Shown piece after piece: positions 50,087 to 59,396 of a stretch of DNA of 64,000 nucleotides. The notes beneath the pieces are model-generated. The model was not told where the DNA came from. It made no database searches and saw only the letters and a list, made by a program, of their open reading frames with translations. Origin of the DNA: Halieaceae bacterium (GTDB lineage Bacteria; Pseudomonadota; Gammaproteobacteria; Pseudomonadales; Halieaceae); contig JAYPXQ010000002.1 of the NCBI GenBank assembly GCA_038135595.1, forward strand, positions 4,951 through 68,950, written 5' to 3'. How positions within the stretch are numbered: the first letter of the stretch is position 1; each line of letters opens with the position of its first letter. The translations under genes and the position numbers were made by a program.

Positions 50087-51103
50087 TCAGACCGCGTCGT
50101 CCAGCAGTATCGCCCGGTACGCTGAGGGCGTTTTACCGGTCCAGCGCTTGAAGGCGCGCGAAAATGAGGCCTGTTCGCTAAATCCGCAGTAAAACCCCAC
50201 CTCGGCGAGCGTATTGGTGGCGTCTGCCAATAGACTCTCTGCCAACTGGGTGCGGGTTTGGTCGAGGAGCACGCGGAATCGCGTCCCCTCGCTCTCCAGT
50301 CTTCTCTGGAAAGTACGCAGGCTCATGTTGTGTGCCGCTGCCGCAGCCTCCTCGGTCAGTGTCTCATCGGGTAATCGATCGAGAATCGCCATCTTCACGG
50401 CTGCAGGTAGGCTGTTTTCCCGGACCGAGCGTACCAGCGATGCCAGCATGGGCTCGTTGCGCGTCAGGATGTCGACATTGCTCGTGGATATGGGTTGTTC
50501 CAGTGCGACCCGGGGGAGGACCATCGCGGCACTCTTGGCCGAAAAGGCCACTCGGGGACCAAAAATTTTTCGATACTTCGCCTCACTTCCCATGGGTTTT
50601 CCGGTGAAGGAAACGCTAACGATATCGCCGGCGAAGCCGGAGATTTCTCTGACCGCCGTTAACAGCACGGCGAACAGAAAGCTTTGAATAATATGCTCTC
50701 CCGGTTCTGCCTGTACTGTCGATTTGGTGACCGTGATGGTATCGCTGTGCTCCTGCAGTTGCAGCGGCTGTTGCGTCGAAATCAGCGCCTGGTACTGACT
50801 GAGGCGCCGCAGCGCATCCAATGTCGTCTCCGAAGAAATCGCCGTGATGCCGAGTACATGGGTGTCAGTAATTCTGTGGCAGGTGGCCAGGTCCAATCCC
50901 AGCTCGCGCTCGGGATACTTTCGAGCCAATTCATCAAGAAGCGCGCCTACTCGAAGCGATGGGATGCGCTCCCGCGGTTGTTTGAGGAGGTCCCGGGAAA
51001 TTTGGGCGACCTGTAATAGCGACCCGATGTCGTCACCTTGGCTTGCAACGAAGCGTTCAATTACTCTGAGGTCGCTGGCAAGGATCGTATGCTGCGATGC
51101 CAT
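50087..51103 (-). CDS. AraC-family transcriptional regulator
   Basis: 338 aa. C-terminal double HTH (LAEVGFYCGFSEQASFSRAFKRWTGKTPSAYR). Confidence 0.88.
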   Translation of the reverse strand: MASQHTILASDLRVIERFVASQGDDIGSLLQVAQISRDLLKQPRERIPSLRVGALLDELARKYPERELGLDLATCHRITDTHVLGITAISSETTLDALRRLSQYQALISTQQPLQLQEHSDTITVTKSTVQAEPGEHIIQSFLFAVLLTAVREISGFAGDIVSVSFTGKPMGSEAKYRKIFGPRVAFSAKSAAMVLPRVALEQPISTSNVDILTRNEPMLASLVRSVRENSLPAAVKMAILDRLPDETLTEEAAAAAHNMSLRTFQRRLESEGTRFRVLLDQTRTQLAESLLADATNTLAEVGFYCGFSEQASFSRAFKRWTGKTPSAYRAILLDDAV

Positions 51104-51334
51104 GGTGGCTCCTTTGTTGGCGCTAACGCGTCGCTGCGATCAACCAGCACCCGCGTCTTTTCGCTTGGCATGATCATATGCCAGCAGGTGTCAATGGAAA
51201 ACCCGTCGGGAAACCAGCCGCCAAACTGTAAATGCACCGTGGCCGATATCTGTCGGGGGCCGTCATGGAAGGGGTACGGTGCAAAAACGAGTGTTTGCGA
51301 GGTGACTTGGAAAAGCGCATGACCGGCCGGGATT

Positions 51335-51359
51335 AAAAAAGGGGCCGTAGGCCCCTTTT
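51335..51359 (-). terminator. Rho-independent (bidirectional-looking) terminator after the LPMO gene
   Basis: AAAAAAGGGGCC-GTA-GGCCCCTTTT. The GC stem is 51341-51346 / 51350-51355, flanked by A6 and T4. It sits 18 nt beyond the LPMO stop. Confidence 0.8.
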
Positions 51360-51376
51360 AATGCACTCCAGTATCA

Positions 51377-52975
51377 CTAGCAGCTAACGTCTCCAACCAG
51401 CGTCCAGGGGTCGCGGTCGCTCGGTGCGGTGCCGCGGGTCCACCATTTGGCCTCGTAGAGCTTGCCTTGATAGCGCGTGCGATCGCCACCCTGATAGACA
51501 GTACTGTCGCTGTACTCGAGTACCACGTCAGAGATGAGTTCAAAGGCGTCAGTACGATCAGGTGCGTTGCCGCGGGTCCACCATTTGGCCCGGTAGACCA
51601 GTCCGTTATAGGAGATCATCTCGCCACCGGTATACGTAGTGCCTGCCTGATAGTCAGGATATGACTTAGCGGCAGGATCAGTGATCTTGCAGGTCTCTTC
51701 CCCGTCACCCGTTGCATCAGGCGCGGTTCGCGTGTCCTCGACGCGGACTACTGCGGTCATTTGCTCGGTACCGTTAGTATCGATAGCGTCTGCCACCACA
51801 ACCAAGGTCAGTTCACCCTCTATCGCCTCATGAAGGTGGAGCTTGAGGTCCGCCGTATCGCCCACGGACCACTCATCACCCACAACGGTATCGCCCGCGG
51901 CGTCAAACAGCGTTGCCGTGACTTTAGCATTGGCGTTTACCGATACCGTGAAATGCACGTCCGCCATACCCATCGCGTCGACCTGTACGCGGCTGTCGGC
52001 CTCCAGCGTAGAGGAGAAGACAAATTCTGGTTCCGGCGCGTAGGTGACTCTAATCTCGACATTGGAGAGGGTGCCCTCGGCATAAATACGGTTTTGGCCT
52101 GCCACCGGAATGAACAAATCGCCGTCGCGTTGACCTGCAAAATAGCCTTGATCCGCATCATTGATGGCGCGAGCCAGTGCCAGCGATGCAGCTGCGCCCG
52201 AGGTGTAGTCAGCCGCCTCGTAGGAGACTGATAACGCGGGCCGCTCCTGAGAACCCTCGTAAACGACGGTAGAAATTGTGTCGCCCTTCTCCAAAGCAAT
52301 TGCGCCGGAAATTAAGCCCACTTCTTTTATCGGGTCACTGTCGGGCGTGGGCTCGCCAATTTGATTGTTGCCCGCAAAGCTCACATCAATAGCATTGTAA
52401 AAAGAAGCGGCGGTATCACCGACATCCCATACGGCGAGAATGACATGGTATCCCTCCCGTTCGGGGACGTAGCAGTTATGTTGGATCGTCATTGGAGGCC
52501 GTTCCATCCCACCGTCGTATGCGCAAAATGGAGAGAGCTCAAAGGCGTCTCGACTCAGCGGCGCCGCAGGGTTCCAGTCGGTCTTGGTGATGAAATAACG
52601 CCAATCTTTGGACACATGATTTGCAGTAAAGGTCCACTCGAAGGTTTGATAACCCGCAGCGAATTCGTGCTTGAACCATCGTGACGGCGATTGCGCGTTT
52701 AATTCTGACCAGGAGGGAGAGCCCGCCGCAGCAATGGTGCCATCTGTGGGGCCTCCTACTGGGAATCGTGGCGCCCCGTCGGGACCCTCAACAGACTGTG
52801 GCTCCCATTGTACGGCGCCGCAGCCGGTGTTGTCACCCAGCTTGCACAGCAGTGGGCGCCCGGCGGGCTCCGAGACATACCCGTGGGCCGCTGATTCGAC
52901 GGCGATGCCAGATGCTATTAAGCCCGCGGCGATGGCGAGCGGCTGTAGTTTAAAACCTCGTATTTTCTTATTCAT
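51377..52975 (-). CDS. Secreted lytic polysaccharide monooxygenase (AA10) with a linker/middle region and two C-terminal CBM5/12-type chitin-binding modules (GbpA-like architecture)
   Basis: Signal peptide ending ...AVESAA, then the HGYVSEP N-terminal His. AA10 blocks follow (WEPQSVEG, FEWTFTANHVSKDWRYFITK, HVILAVWDVGDTAASFYNAIDV). There are two YxGG...Y.AKWWTRG modules at the C-terminus. Confidence 0.88.
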   Translation of the reverse strand: MNKKIRGFKLQPLAIAAGLIASGIAVESAAHGYVSEPAGRPLLCKLGDNTGCGAVQWEPQSVEGPDGAPRFPVGGPTDGTIAAAGSPSWSELNAQSPSRWFKHEFAAGYQTFEWTFTANHVSKDWRYFITKTDWNPAAPLSRDAFELSPFCAYDGGMERPPMTIQHNCYVPEREGYHVILAVWDVGDTAASFYNAIDVSFAGNNQIGEPTPDSDPIKEVGLISGAIALEKGDTISTVVYEGSQERPALSVSYEAADYTSGAAASLALARAINDADQGYFAGQRDGDLFIPVAGQNRIYAEGTLSNVEIRVTYAPEPEFVFSSTLEADSRVQVDAMGMADVHFTVSVNANAKVTATLFDAAGDTVVGDEWSVGDTADLKLHLHEAIEGELTLVVVADAIDTNGTEQMTAVVRVEDTRTAPDATGDGEETCKITDPAAKSYPDYQAGTTYTGGEMISYNGLVYRAKWWTRGNAPDRTDAFELISDVVLEYSDSTVYQGGDRTRYQGKLYEAKWWTRGTAPSDRDPWTLVGDVSC

Positions 52976-53306
52976 GGTGGATCTCCTCGTGATCTCAGTT
53001 CATGACAGTGATGGGCGCTCCGGTAGTGCCCGCTGAGGTAATTTTCGCGAGAAGAAGGGACTTGGCCGATGTTCTGATCCGCCAAGCGATTGACAGATTG
53101 CGTCAGAATTTTTGAGGGGTCGGTATTGTCTGTATGGGAATAGGGCGGTGGTACTGCTCAGTAGATCACTGACACTCCGCCGTCAGATGAGTCCAAGCGG
53201 CACTATGAGCGGACGGGCTCGGATAGCACGGCGTTGAAAATAGTTGCCCCGAATGAGATTCGAGGGGTCAGTGCTTTGCCGCTCGCAGTGACTGAGATTA
53301 GTGTTT

Positions 53307-54395
53307 CTAGGGAGTATTGGTGATGTGAAAAACATCCCCCTCATCGGTAACGGTAACGATGCTGCCGTCGCTGAGGACACGAACGTCTCTCACCCGGCCG
53401 GAAATCTCAGGGAAAATGGCCTCGTCGAGAGTAACAGCATCGCCCTCGAGCTTAAGTCGGCGCATCTCTCTGTTGATCAAGGAACCGAGCAGAAGATCAC
53501 CCTCCCATTCTGGGAACTGATCTCCGTGGTAAATGGCCAAGCCCGATGGGCCGATACTTGGCACCCAGTAGATCAAGGGCTGCTCCATGCCCGCTGCTTT
53601 GGTGAAGGGTGATATCACCGCGCCGCTGTAGTCCACGCCGTAGGTGATCGCCGGCCAGCCATAATTTTGTCCCGCAACGATGTGATTGAGTTCGTCCCCC
53701 CCTTTGGGGCCGTGCTCGAGCATGAGGATGCGGTTTGTCGCGGGGTCATAAACCAAGCCCTGGGGGTTACGGTGACCATAACTGAAAACCCGCGGCGCCT
53801 TGTCCGGGAAGGGGTTGTCGACGGGCGCGGAGCCATCGGCATTAATACGCAGCAATTTGCCCAATTCTGATTCGATGTTCTGAGCTTGCTCCCGATAGTT
53901 AAAGCCTTCGCCGACGCTGATCAGCAGAGTCCCATCGGGCAAAAAAGCCAGCTTGCCGCCGTAATGCGCCGGCCCTTGCTTGTCTGGCGAGACCTCGAGC
54001 AGTGTCATTACCTGAGTCAGTTGGCTACCTTCCAGAATGCCGCGTATGACGCTGGTGCGGTTGGCTTCCTTATTACCACCGGCAAAGCTCAGATAAAGGG
54101 TGTGATTCTGGCTGAAGAGTGGATCAGGGAGCACTTCAAGCAAGCCACCTTGATTGGCAAAATACACATCGGGTGTGCCCGTGATCGGAGTCAGATCGCC
54201 GTCAGCCCCCAACAGGATGAGTTGCCCACTTTTCTCGGTGACGAGAAAACGGCCCCCGTCTATCGCAGCGATAGACCAGGGCTTATTCAGTCCCGAAGCC
54301 AGCTTGTTCACCTCATAGCCATGTACCGCAAAGGTGAGAATGCTCCCTGCCAACACCGCCAGCACTTGCAGGTACCCTATGATCGAATGTCGCAT
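53307..54395 (-). CDS. Exported PQQ-dependent soluble aldose sugar dehydrogenase (YliI/sorbosone dehydrogenase family)
   Basis: MRHSIIGYLQVLAVLAGSILTFAVHG signal, then beta-propeller blocks (GLNKPWSIA, HYGGKLAFLPDGTLLISVGE, FSYGHRNPQGL, EHGPKGGDELN, GQNYGWP). The N-terminal 125 codons of the track ORF are rejected. Confidence 0.85.
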   Translation of the reverse strand: MRHSIIGYLQVLAVLAGSILTFAVHGYEVNKLASGLNKPWSIAAIDGGRFLVTEKSGQLILLGADGDLTPITGTPDVYFANQGGLLEVLPDPLFSQNHTLYLSFAGGNKEANRTSVIRGILEGSQLTQVMTLLEVSPDKQGPAHYGGKLAFLPDGTLLISVGEGFNYREQAQNIESELGKLLRINADGSAPVDNPFPDKAPRVFSYGHRNPQGLVYDPATNRILMLEHGPKGGDELNHIVAGQNYGWPAITYGVDYSGAVISPFTKAAGMEQPLIYWVPSIGPSGLAIYHGDQFPEWEGDLLLGSLINREMRRLKLEGDAVTLDEAIFPEISGRVRDVRVLSDGSIVTVTDEGDVFHITNTP

Positions 54396-54476
54396 GGTGC
54401 TACCACTGTCCTTTGAGCCAAAGAGATTACGCGAGCGTAGCATGGGTGGATCCTGACCACTGCCAGTGATGTCAGA

Positions 54477-54971
54477 ATGAACCCTCGACAAAACTTGGAG
54501 AAGCATATGCTCAGAATCACCATAGGCTACGCGGTGGGCATAGTGGCCGCGTTTTTGCTGGGTTCGATGCTGGGCACCCAGGTCGTTTTGGCATCGGTAC
54601 AGTCGATGGGGCTGGAAGTGAGCTGGGCGGCCAGAGTCGACGCAACCTTGGATGATGTGTTGGGTCTCAGTGCCACTTTGCTGCCGGTGATGGCGCTTGT
54701 GCTCGTGGTGGTGTGGGGGCTTTACGACGTCATCATGGCCCGTATGCGTAGCGCGCGCGGACCCTACCACTATGCGCTGGTAGGCGGCCTTTGTATCCTC
54801 GCGCTACACCCGCTGCTGGGCGCGGTGTTGGATGTCGATGTCTTCGCTGCAACGAGATCTTGGTTTGGCCTGCTGACTCAGGCGATAGCAGGCGCGTTTG
54901 GGGGTTGGTGCTGTGGGCGCTTGAGGATGGGGGTGTCTGCGTCGAATCACTCTACACACGATATACCGTGA
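54477..54971 (+). CDS. Hypothetical integral membrane protein (about 4 TM)
   Basis: 164 aa and hydrophobic; I recognise no family. The start may be ATG 54507 (MLRITIGY...). Confidence 0.5.
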   Translation: MNPRQNLEKHMLRITIGYAVGIVAAFLLGSMLGTQVVLASVQSMGLEVSWAARVDATLDDVLGLSATLLPVMALVLVVVWGLYDVIMARMRSARGPYHYALVGGLCILALHPLLGAVLDVDVFAATRSWFGLLTQAIAGAFGGWCCGRLRMGVSASNHSTHDIP

Positions 54972-55053
54972 TCATCCGGACCAATGGCGCAGGGTGGTGC
55001 GCGCTTACTGCCTTAGCGACCCATCGCCCCGATAACTGGCGAGGAGGGGTGTA

Positions 55054-55140
55054 ATGCCGCGGCAGGTCATCGTGTTTATATTGGCATTTGTCTTTCTTGC
55101 AGCCGTTGTCGTTGCATCGGTGAATTGCCTTTTTGGTTAG
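55054..55140 (+). CDS. Candidate 28-aa hydrophobic mini-protein (unannotated)
   Basis: GAGGAGG at 55041-55047, 6 nt before ATG 55054. Encodes MPRQVIVFILAFVFLAAVVVASVNCLFG, with stop TAG at 55138-55140. Confidence 0.3.
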   Translation: MPRQVIVFILAFVFLAAVVVASVNCLFG

Positions 55141-55175
55141 TGCTATCCGAATCTTCTTTAGAGAGCGGTTCGGGA

Positions 55176-55946
55176 TCAGAAGTCAAAGCGAAAACCAATA
55201 AGGGGGCCGTGTTGCTTCATATCGAAGGTAAATCGATCGGCCCCGTCGCCGTCTTCATAATCGAAGTCTAAATAACGGTAGCCCAAGGACAGGCTCGACC
55301 AGTCATTGAAGCGATAAAACATGGCGCCACTCAGTATCACCACCAGCTCTGAGCCAACGCCAAAGCCGCCGATTTGGGCCGAACCCGCAAACTCCCATCC
55401 TGCGCCCACTGGCGTCTCAAACAATACGCCAACCAAGGGATCTACCCAGTCCTCGCCGATATTGGCCATGCGGGTAGCCTGCGGACCCGTCAGCGCGATA
55501 TCCGTCGATAAATCAGCGTACATCGCGCCACCCATCAATCGCAGAGAATCGTTGAGGCGCCAGGTGGCGGAGGCAATAGCCAGGGTTTGTTCCAGCTCCA
55601 GTTCTCCGGATAACACCCCACGTGATCCCTCTGCGTCCATTTTTAGATCCATGTAAACCACATCGACCAGCATGCCCCAGCGCTCGCCTTCACCGCGATA
55701 CATCCCCAGAAACCCTTTGTCGATAGCATCAAAGACGTCGCTCATCCCCAGATCGACCTCGGTTTCCAGGTCGCCGACGCCCGTAGTGCCATCGAGCGTG
55801 GGTCCGAGAAGGTACAGTAACCCCTGATTAGACCAGCCCGAGCCAGCTTGCGCCGTGGTGATGGAGGGTGTGAGGGCGAGTAAGACGAGGACTATCTTTA
55901 CTCTGACTAACAGCCACTGACTGGATAGGAGATGGTTGTCACACAT
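55176..55946 (-). CDS. Outer-membrane beta-barrel protein
   Basis: Signal peptide ...LVLLALTPSITTAQA, alternating amphipathic strands and a C-terminal ...GFRFDF (terminal Phe). Start taken at 55946. Confidence 0.7.
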   Translation of the reverse strand: MCDNHLLSSQWLLVRVKIVLVLLALTPSITTAQAGSGWSNQGLLYLLGPTLDGTTGVGDLETEVDLGMSDVFDAIDKGFLGMYRGEGERWGMLVDVVYMDLKMDAEGSRGVLSGELELEQTLAIASATWRLNDSLRLMGGAMYADLSTDIALTGPQATRMANIGEDWVDPLVGVLFETPVGAGWEFAGSAQIGGFGVGSELVVILSGAMFYRFNDWSSLSLGYRYLDFDYEDGDGADRFTFDMKQHGPLIGFRFDF

Positions 55947-56244
55947 GATGTCTCGACCGAGGTTGGCAAAATGAACTTTAAAGTTACGGCACATCATTCG
56001 CGGCAAAAAGTGCACAAGGTGACAGCGGCGCTGTTTGATTTGCTCCGACATGAAATGATTCTATTCACGCGCAGCGAACTTCACTGCCCCATTGATGCAA
56101 AAAAACGCGGGTATCTCTGGCATTGCCCTGACTAAACGCATGCCGCGCAACGGGCATGAGCGATTGACGCGGTGATTCAAGGACCCCCGCTGCGATTGCG
56201 CCGAGGCCGCAGGTGAGTTTGAGGCGCTGGCGGGGTTTGGCGCG

Positions 56245-57687
56245 CTAAAAAATTGAGAGTATTGCGCCGAGTAACTCGTTCATTTTTGCTTGCGACTCAT
56301 CCAAGGTCAGTCCAAGACGCACTATCACCAGTTCCCGCTCCGGAATCACAACCACAAATTGACCGGAGTTGCCCCCGGCATGAAAAGTGCTCTCGGGCGC
56401 GTCGGGAAAGCGCCGCTGCTGAGTATTGAGCCAAAATCCGAGCCCATAAATTTCGCCTTGATTGGCGGTGCCCGGTGTGACGGCGAGTTTTTGCCAGGTC
56501 TGACTGATGAGGCCGCTACGGCCGTGCCATGCATCGAGCCAGAGCTGTCCCATCAGCGCCCAATCGCGCGCCGTGAGGTACGCATAGCTGGAGCCCACCT
56601 GGACGCCACTGGCATCCGGCTCCAACACAATCTCCTGGAGACCCAACGGGGCAACAAAGGTGTCTGACAACCAGTCGGTATAGCGCTGCCCCTGAAGTGA
56701 CTGGTGCCACATGAGAGAAGCGGTATTGATGTCGCCACTCGAGTACGAAAATTGCTCGCCGGGTTGGTGTAGATGACCTTTCAGGGGTGCTGAATACCCC
56801 ATCGCGGCATGTCGATAGAGCATTGCCGTGACATCGTCACCCGGAAAGTAGCGCTCGGAAAAATCGAGACCGCTCGACATGGAAAGCAGATGCCTGAGAG
56901 ATAACTGGTGGTCAATGCGATCAAGATTTTTGTCGCTAAAACCGGTCTGACGCAGAGCCTCTGACACAGAGTCATCCAGACTCATCCGCCCACTGTCGAT
57001 TTGGCGCCCGATAAAAGTCGCCATCAGACTTTTATTCATCGACCAGCCCTGCATAGGCGTCATATCTGAGACGGGTGCTTGATAGCGCTCGGCGACCAGT
57101 TTCCCTTGATGCATCACCACCACCGCCAGGGTATTTCTCCCCCCCTCGAAAGGTTCGGCAAACGCCGCATCAAGCGCAGCATCGATTTTTGGTGTGACAT
57201 CGCTCGACCGTATTAAAGGTGGAGTTCGATCTTGCGTTGCCGCGGGCCGCGGCGGTGTGGACGTTAGGAGTACGCGCGATTTCTCTGGGGGTGAATCCAA
57301 GGGGGAGTGCGTCGTAGGTTGTTGCTGTTTGCTTTCTTTATCGAATAACGTGCAGCCAAAGCCGGGCTCAAACTGCGCGATTACCCGTTGACCCAACAGG
57401 CTCGCAGAAATGCGATGCTGTATGGGGTCCACCGCGTAATCCAATAGCCTCGCCATTGGGCCCACGGTAGCGAGTCTCGGGAGCACGTCGTTATCCATCA
57501 CAAAGCGCTCGGGCAGTCGTGCCACAAAGAGCCCCGAGCACAGTTGTTTTGCCGCATACCCGGCGCCAATGGCGCCCGCATCAGCGATAAATGAGACAGC
57601 GCGCGATAAAAGAACAAGCATCAAGGCGCCAATGATCAAGATGCCGGGCCTCAGAGCCCGTGTTGGGGTAGTAGGGGCTGTCGTCAT
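56245..57687 (-). CDS. Serine hydrolase of the beta-lactamase (class C / PBP4*-like) family, membrane-anchored
   Basis: N-terminal TM GILIIGALMLVLL, SxxK (SMNKS), YSSG and HAGG motif positions. Confidence 0.75.
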   Translation of the reverse strand: MTTAPTTPTRALRPGILIIGALMLVLLSRAVSFIADAGAIGAGYAAKQLCSGLFVARLPERFVMDNDVLPRLATVGPMARLLDYAVDPIQHRISASLLGQRVIAQFEPGFGCTLFDKESKQQQPTTHSPLDSPPEKSRVLLTSTPPRPAATQDRTPPLIRSSDVTPKIDAALDAAFAEPFEGGRNTLAVVVMHQGKLVAERYQAPVSDMTPMQGWSMNKSLMATFIGRQIDSGRMSLDDSVSEALRQTGFSDKNLDRIDHQLSLRHLLSMSSGLDFSERYFPGDDVTAMLYRHAAMGYSAPLKGHLHQPGEQFSYSSGDINTASLMWHQSLQGQRYTDWLSDTFVAPLGLQEIVLEPDASGVQVGSSYAYLTARDWALMGQLWLDAWHGRSGLISQTWQKLAVTPGTANQGEIYGLGFWLNTQQRRFPDAPESTFHAGGNSGQFVVVIPERELVIVRLGLTLDESQAKMNELLGAILSIF

Positions 57688-57775
57688 ATTTCCAGATCAC
57701 ACCATCGCCGGGCCATCAGCATAATCCAGTTTCGCACCGTCATACCTGTGTTGTGCAGAACAGCGCCCTGAGGAG

Positions 57776-57804
57776 CTGTCATAAAACTGCAATATTTCTG
57801 TCAC
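57776..57804 (+). promoter_or_regulatory. Pho-box array (three 7-bp PhoB half-sites at 11-bp phasing)
   Basis: CTGTCAT-AAAA-CTGCAAT-ATTT-CTGTCAC, ~100 nt upstream of the porin ATG. The E. coli-type consensus is CTGTCAT-A(A/T)A(T/A)-CTGTCA(C/T). Confidence 0.7.
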
Positions 57805-57902
57805 AGAAATGCAAAGACCGCGTCACGAAACTGACACCTTCGCGCCACATAATCATCACCGCACTGAAATGTGTCGTCCAGAAATCAATCGGAGTTGTCA
57901 CT

Positions 57903-59396
57903 ATGCGTCACTTGGTCTCACGTTTGCGTTACTCGCTACCACTAGGAGCGATCTGTAGTGCGGTAGCCACCACCGCCTTGGCGACCGACAAGGCCCTACT
58001 GGATATTCTCTACGGGAACGGACTGATTACTGAGGCGCAGTATGAACAGCTTGTGCAGCAGGAAGAAGTGACCACCGCGGAGGTACTCTCGAGTGTCACC
58101 TTAGCGCCTACCCCGGACGCGTCGTCGACCGTGACAGTGCGGGAGGAGGAACTCTCGTCCTCGGTCGCGCTCGATGAAAACGTTCAGCGCGCCATAGATG
58201 AAGCGGTTGCTAGCGCCGTTGTCGCTGAGTCGCCGATAGTGGCCAGTTACGGTTCGAAGGGATTTCGATTCGAAACAAGAGATGGCAACTGGCAGACAAA
58301 CCTCCAGTGGCGAGCGCAGATGCGTTATAGCAATCCCTACGGGTCTGATCCCCGGCAAATGGCAAATTATGAGGACTCCAGCGGTTCCAGTTTTGAGCAG
58401 CGTCGGCTTCGGATGAAGATTGGCGGGCATGGCTTTCAACCCTGGATCAAATACTACTTTGAGGTGGACCTTCAGCCGGCACGTGATGTTGATGCCGATG
58501 CAGTTTCATCTGGTGCCAGAGTGATCGATTGGCGAGTTGATCTCGCCAAGTGGGACTGGGGTGGCATTCGCATGGGCCAATGGAAGGTGGACTTGAACCG
58601 CGAGCGTGTGGACTCGTCAGGCCGGCAGCAGTTTGTGGAACGTTCGATTGTGAACCGCATTTTCACAGTAGACAGACAGGTGGGGGTTCAGCTCAGGGGG
58701 AGGCTGTTTGAGGGCACCATGGCCGACATGCGCTACTACGCGGGCATTTTTAACGGCGAGGGTCGTGGCGTGAAAAACAACTCCACAGATCACCTGCACA
58801 TGGGGCGCCTGCAGTGGAATTTTCTGGGTCGAGACCTTGCATGGAAGCAAACCGATGTCGAGTACACGGACAAGCCCACGGGTTCGTTTGCAATTGCGGG
58901 CTTTACTAACACAGGTCCCTGTACCAGATGGTCCTCTTCAGGTTGCGGTAACTTAGACGGCTTTACCAAGCCCATTTTTGCCGCAGAAGATCAGTTCAAG
59001 ATCGAACAAGCGGTACAAGAGTTTGCGTTTAAGTACCGCGGCCTCTCGATACAGCAGGAATGGCATCGCAAGTTTGTAACAGATCGCGTCATGGGGACTG
59101 AGAGTGATCTGACCGGTTTTTATGTGCAGTCAGGTTATTTCTTCCACAACTTGATCAAAGGATTCCCGGCGCCCTTGGAGCTCGCAGCGCGTTACGCCTA
59201 CGTCAGCGAACCCAACAAGTCGGAGCGCTCACTCTACAACGAGCGAGAGGAATTCACGCTGGGCGCCAACTGGTTCTTTTCGGGGCACAGCAACAAGATC
59301 ACGGTGGATTTTTCGCACCTGACGTTGGACGACGCGTTGTTGGGATCGAACTACTCTGACAATCGCTTCAGAATTCAGTGGGACGTGTCATTTTGA
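57903..59396 (+). CDS. Phosphate-selective porin O/P family outer-membrane protein
   Basis: Signal peptide ...AVATTALA, then N-terminal LLDILYGNGLITEAQYEQL, which is typical of the family, and a C-terminal ...IQWDVSF. ATG 57903. Confidence 0.8.
   Translation: MRHLVSRLRYSLPLGAICSAVATTALATDKALLDILYGNGLITEAQYEQLVQQEEVTTAEVLSSVTLAPTPDASSTVTVREEELSSSVALDENVQRAIDEAVASAVVAESPIVASYGSKGFRFETRDGNWQTNLQWRAQMRYSNPYGSDPRQMANYEDSSGSSFEQRRLRMKIGGHGFQPWIKYYFEVDLQPARDVDADAVSSGARVIDWRVDLAKWDWGGIRMGQWKVDLNRERVDSSGRQQFVERSIVNRIFTVDRQVGVQLRGRLFEGTMADMRYYAGIFNGEGRGVKNNSTDHLHMGRLQWNFLGRDLAWKQTDVEYTDKPTGSFAIAGFTNTGPCTRWSSSGCGNLDGFTKPIFAAEDQFKIEQAVQEFAFKYRGLSIQQEWHRKFVTDRVMGTESDLTGFYVQSGYFFHNLIKGFPAPLELAARYAYVSEPNKSERSLYNEREEFTLGANWFFSGHSNKITVDFSHLTLDDALLGSNYSDNRFRIQWDVSF

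Noticed and set aside
55932-56135. 67-aa + strand ORF (possible 54-aa version from ATG ~55971) in the 300-bp gap between the OMP and serine-hydrolase genes
   Set aside because: Both strands are open here and the third-position GC is unremarkable. There is no recognisable motif and only a weak SD. It cannot be supported as a gene from sequence alone.
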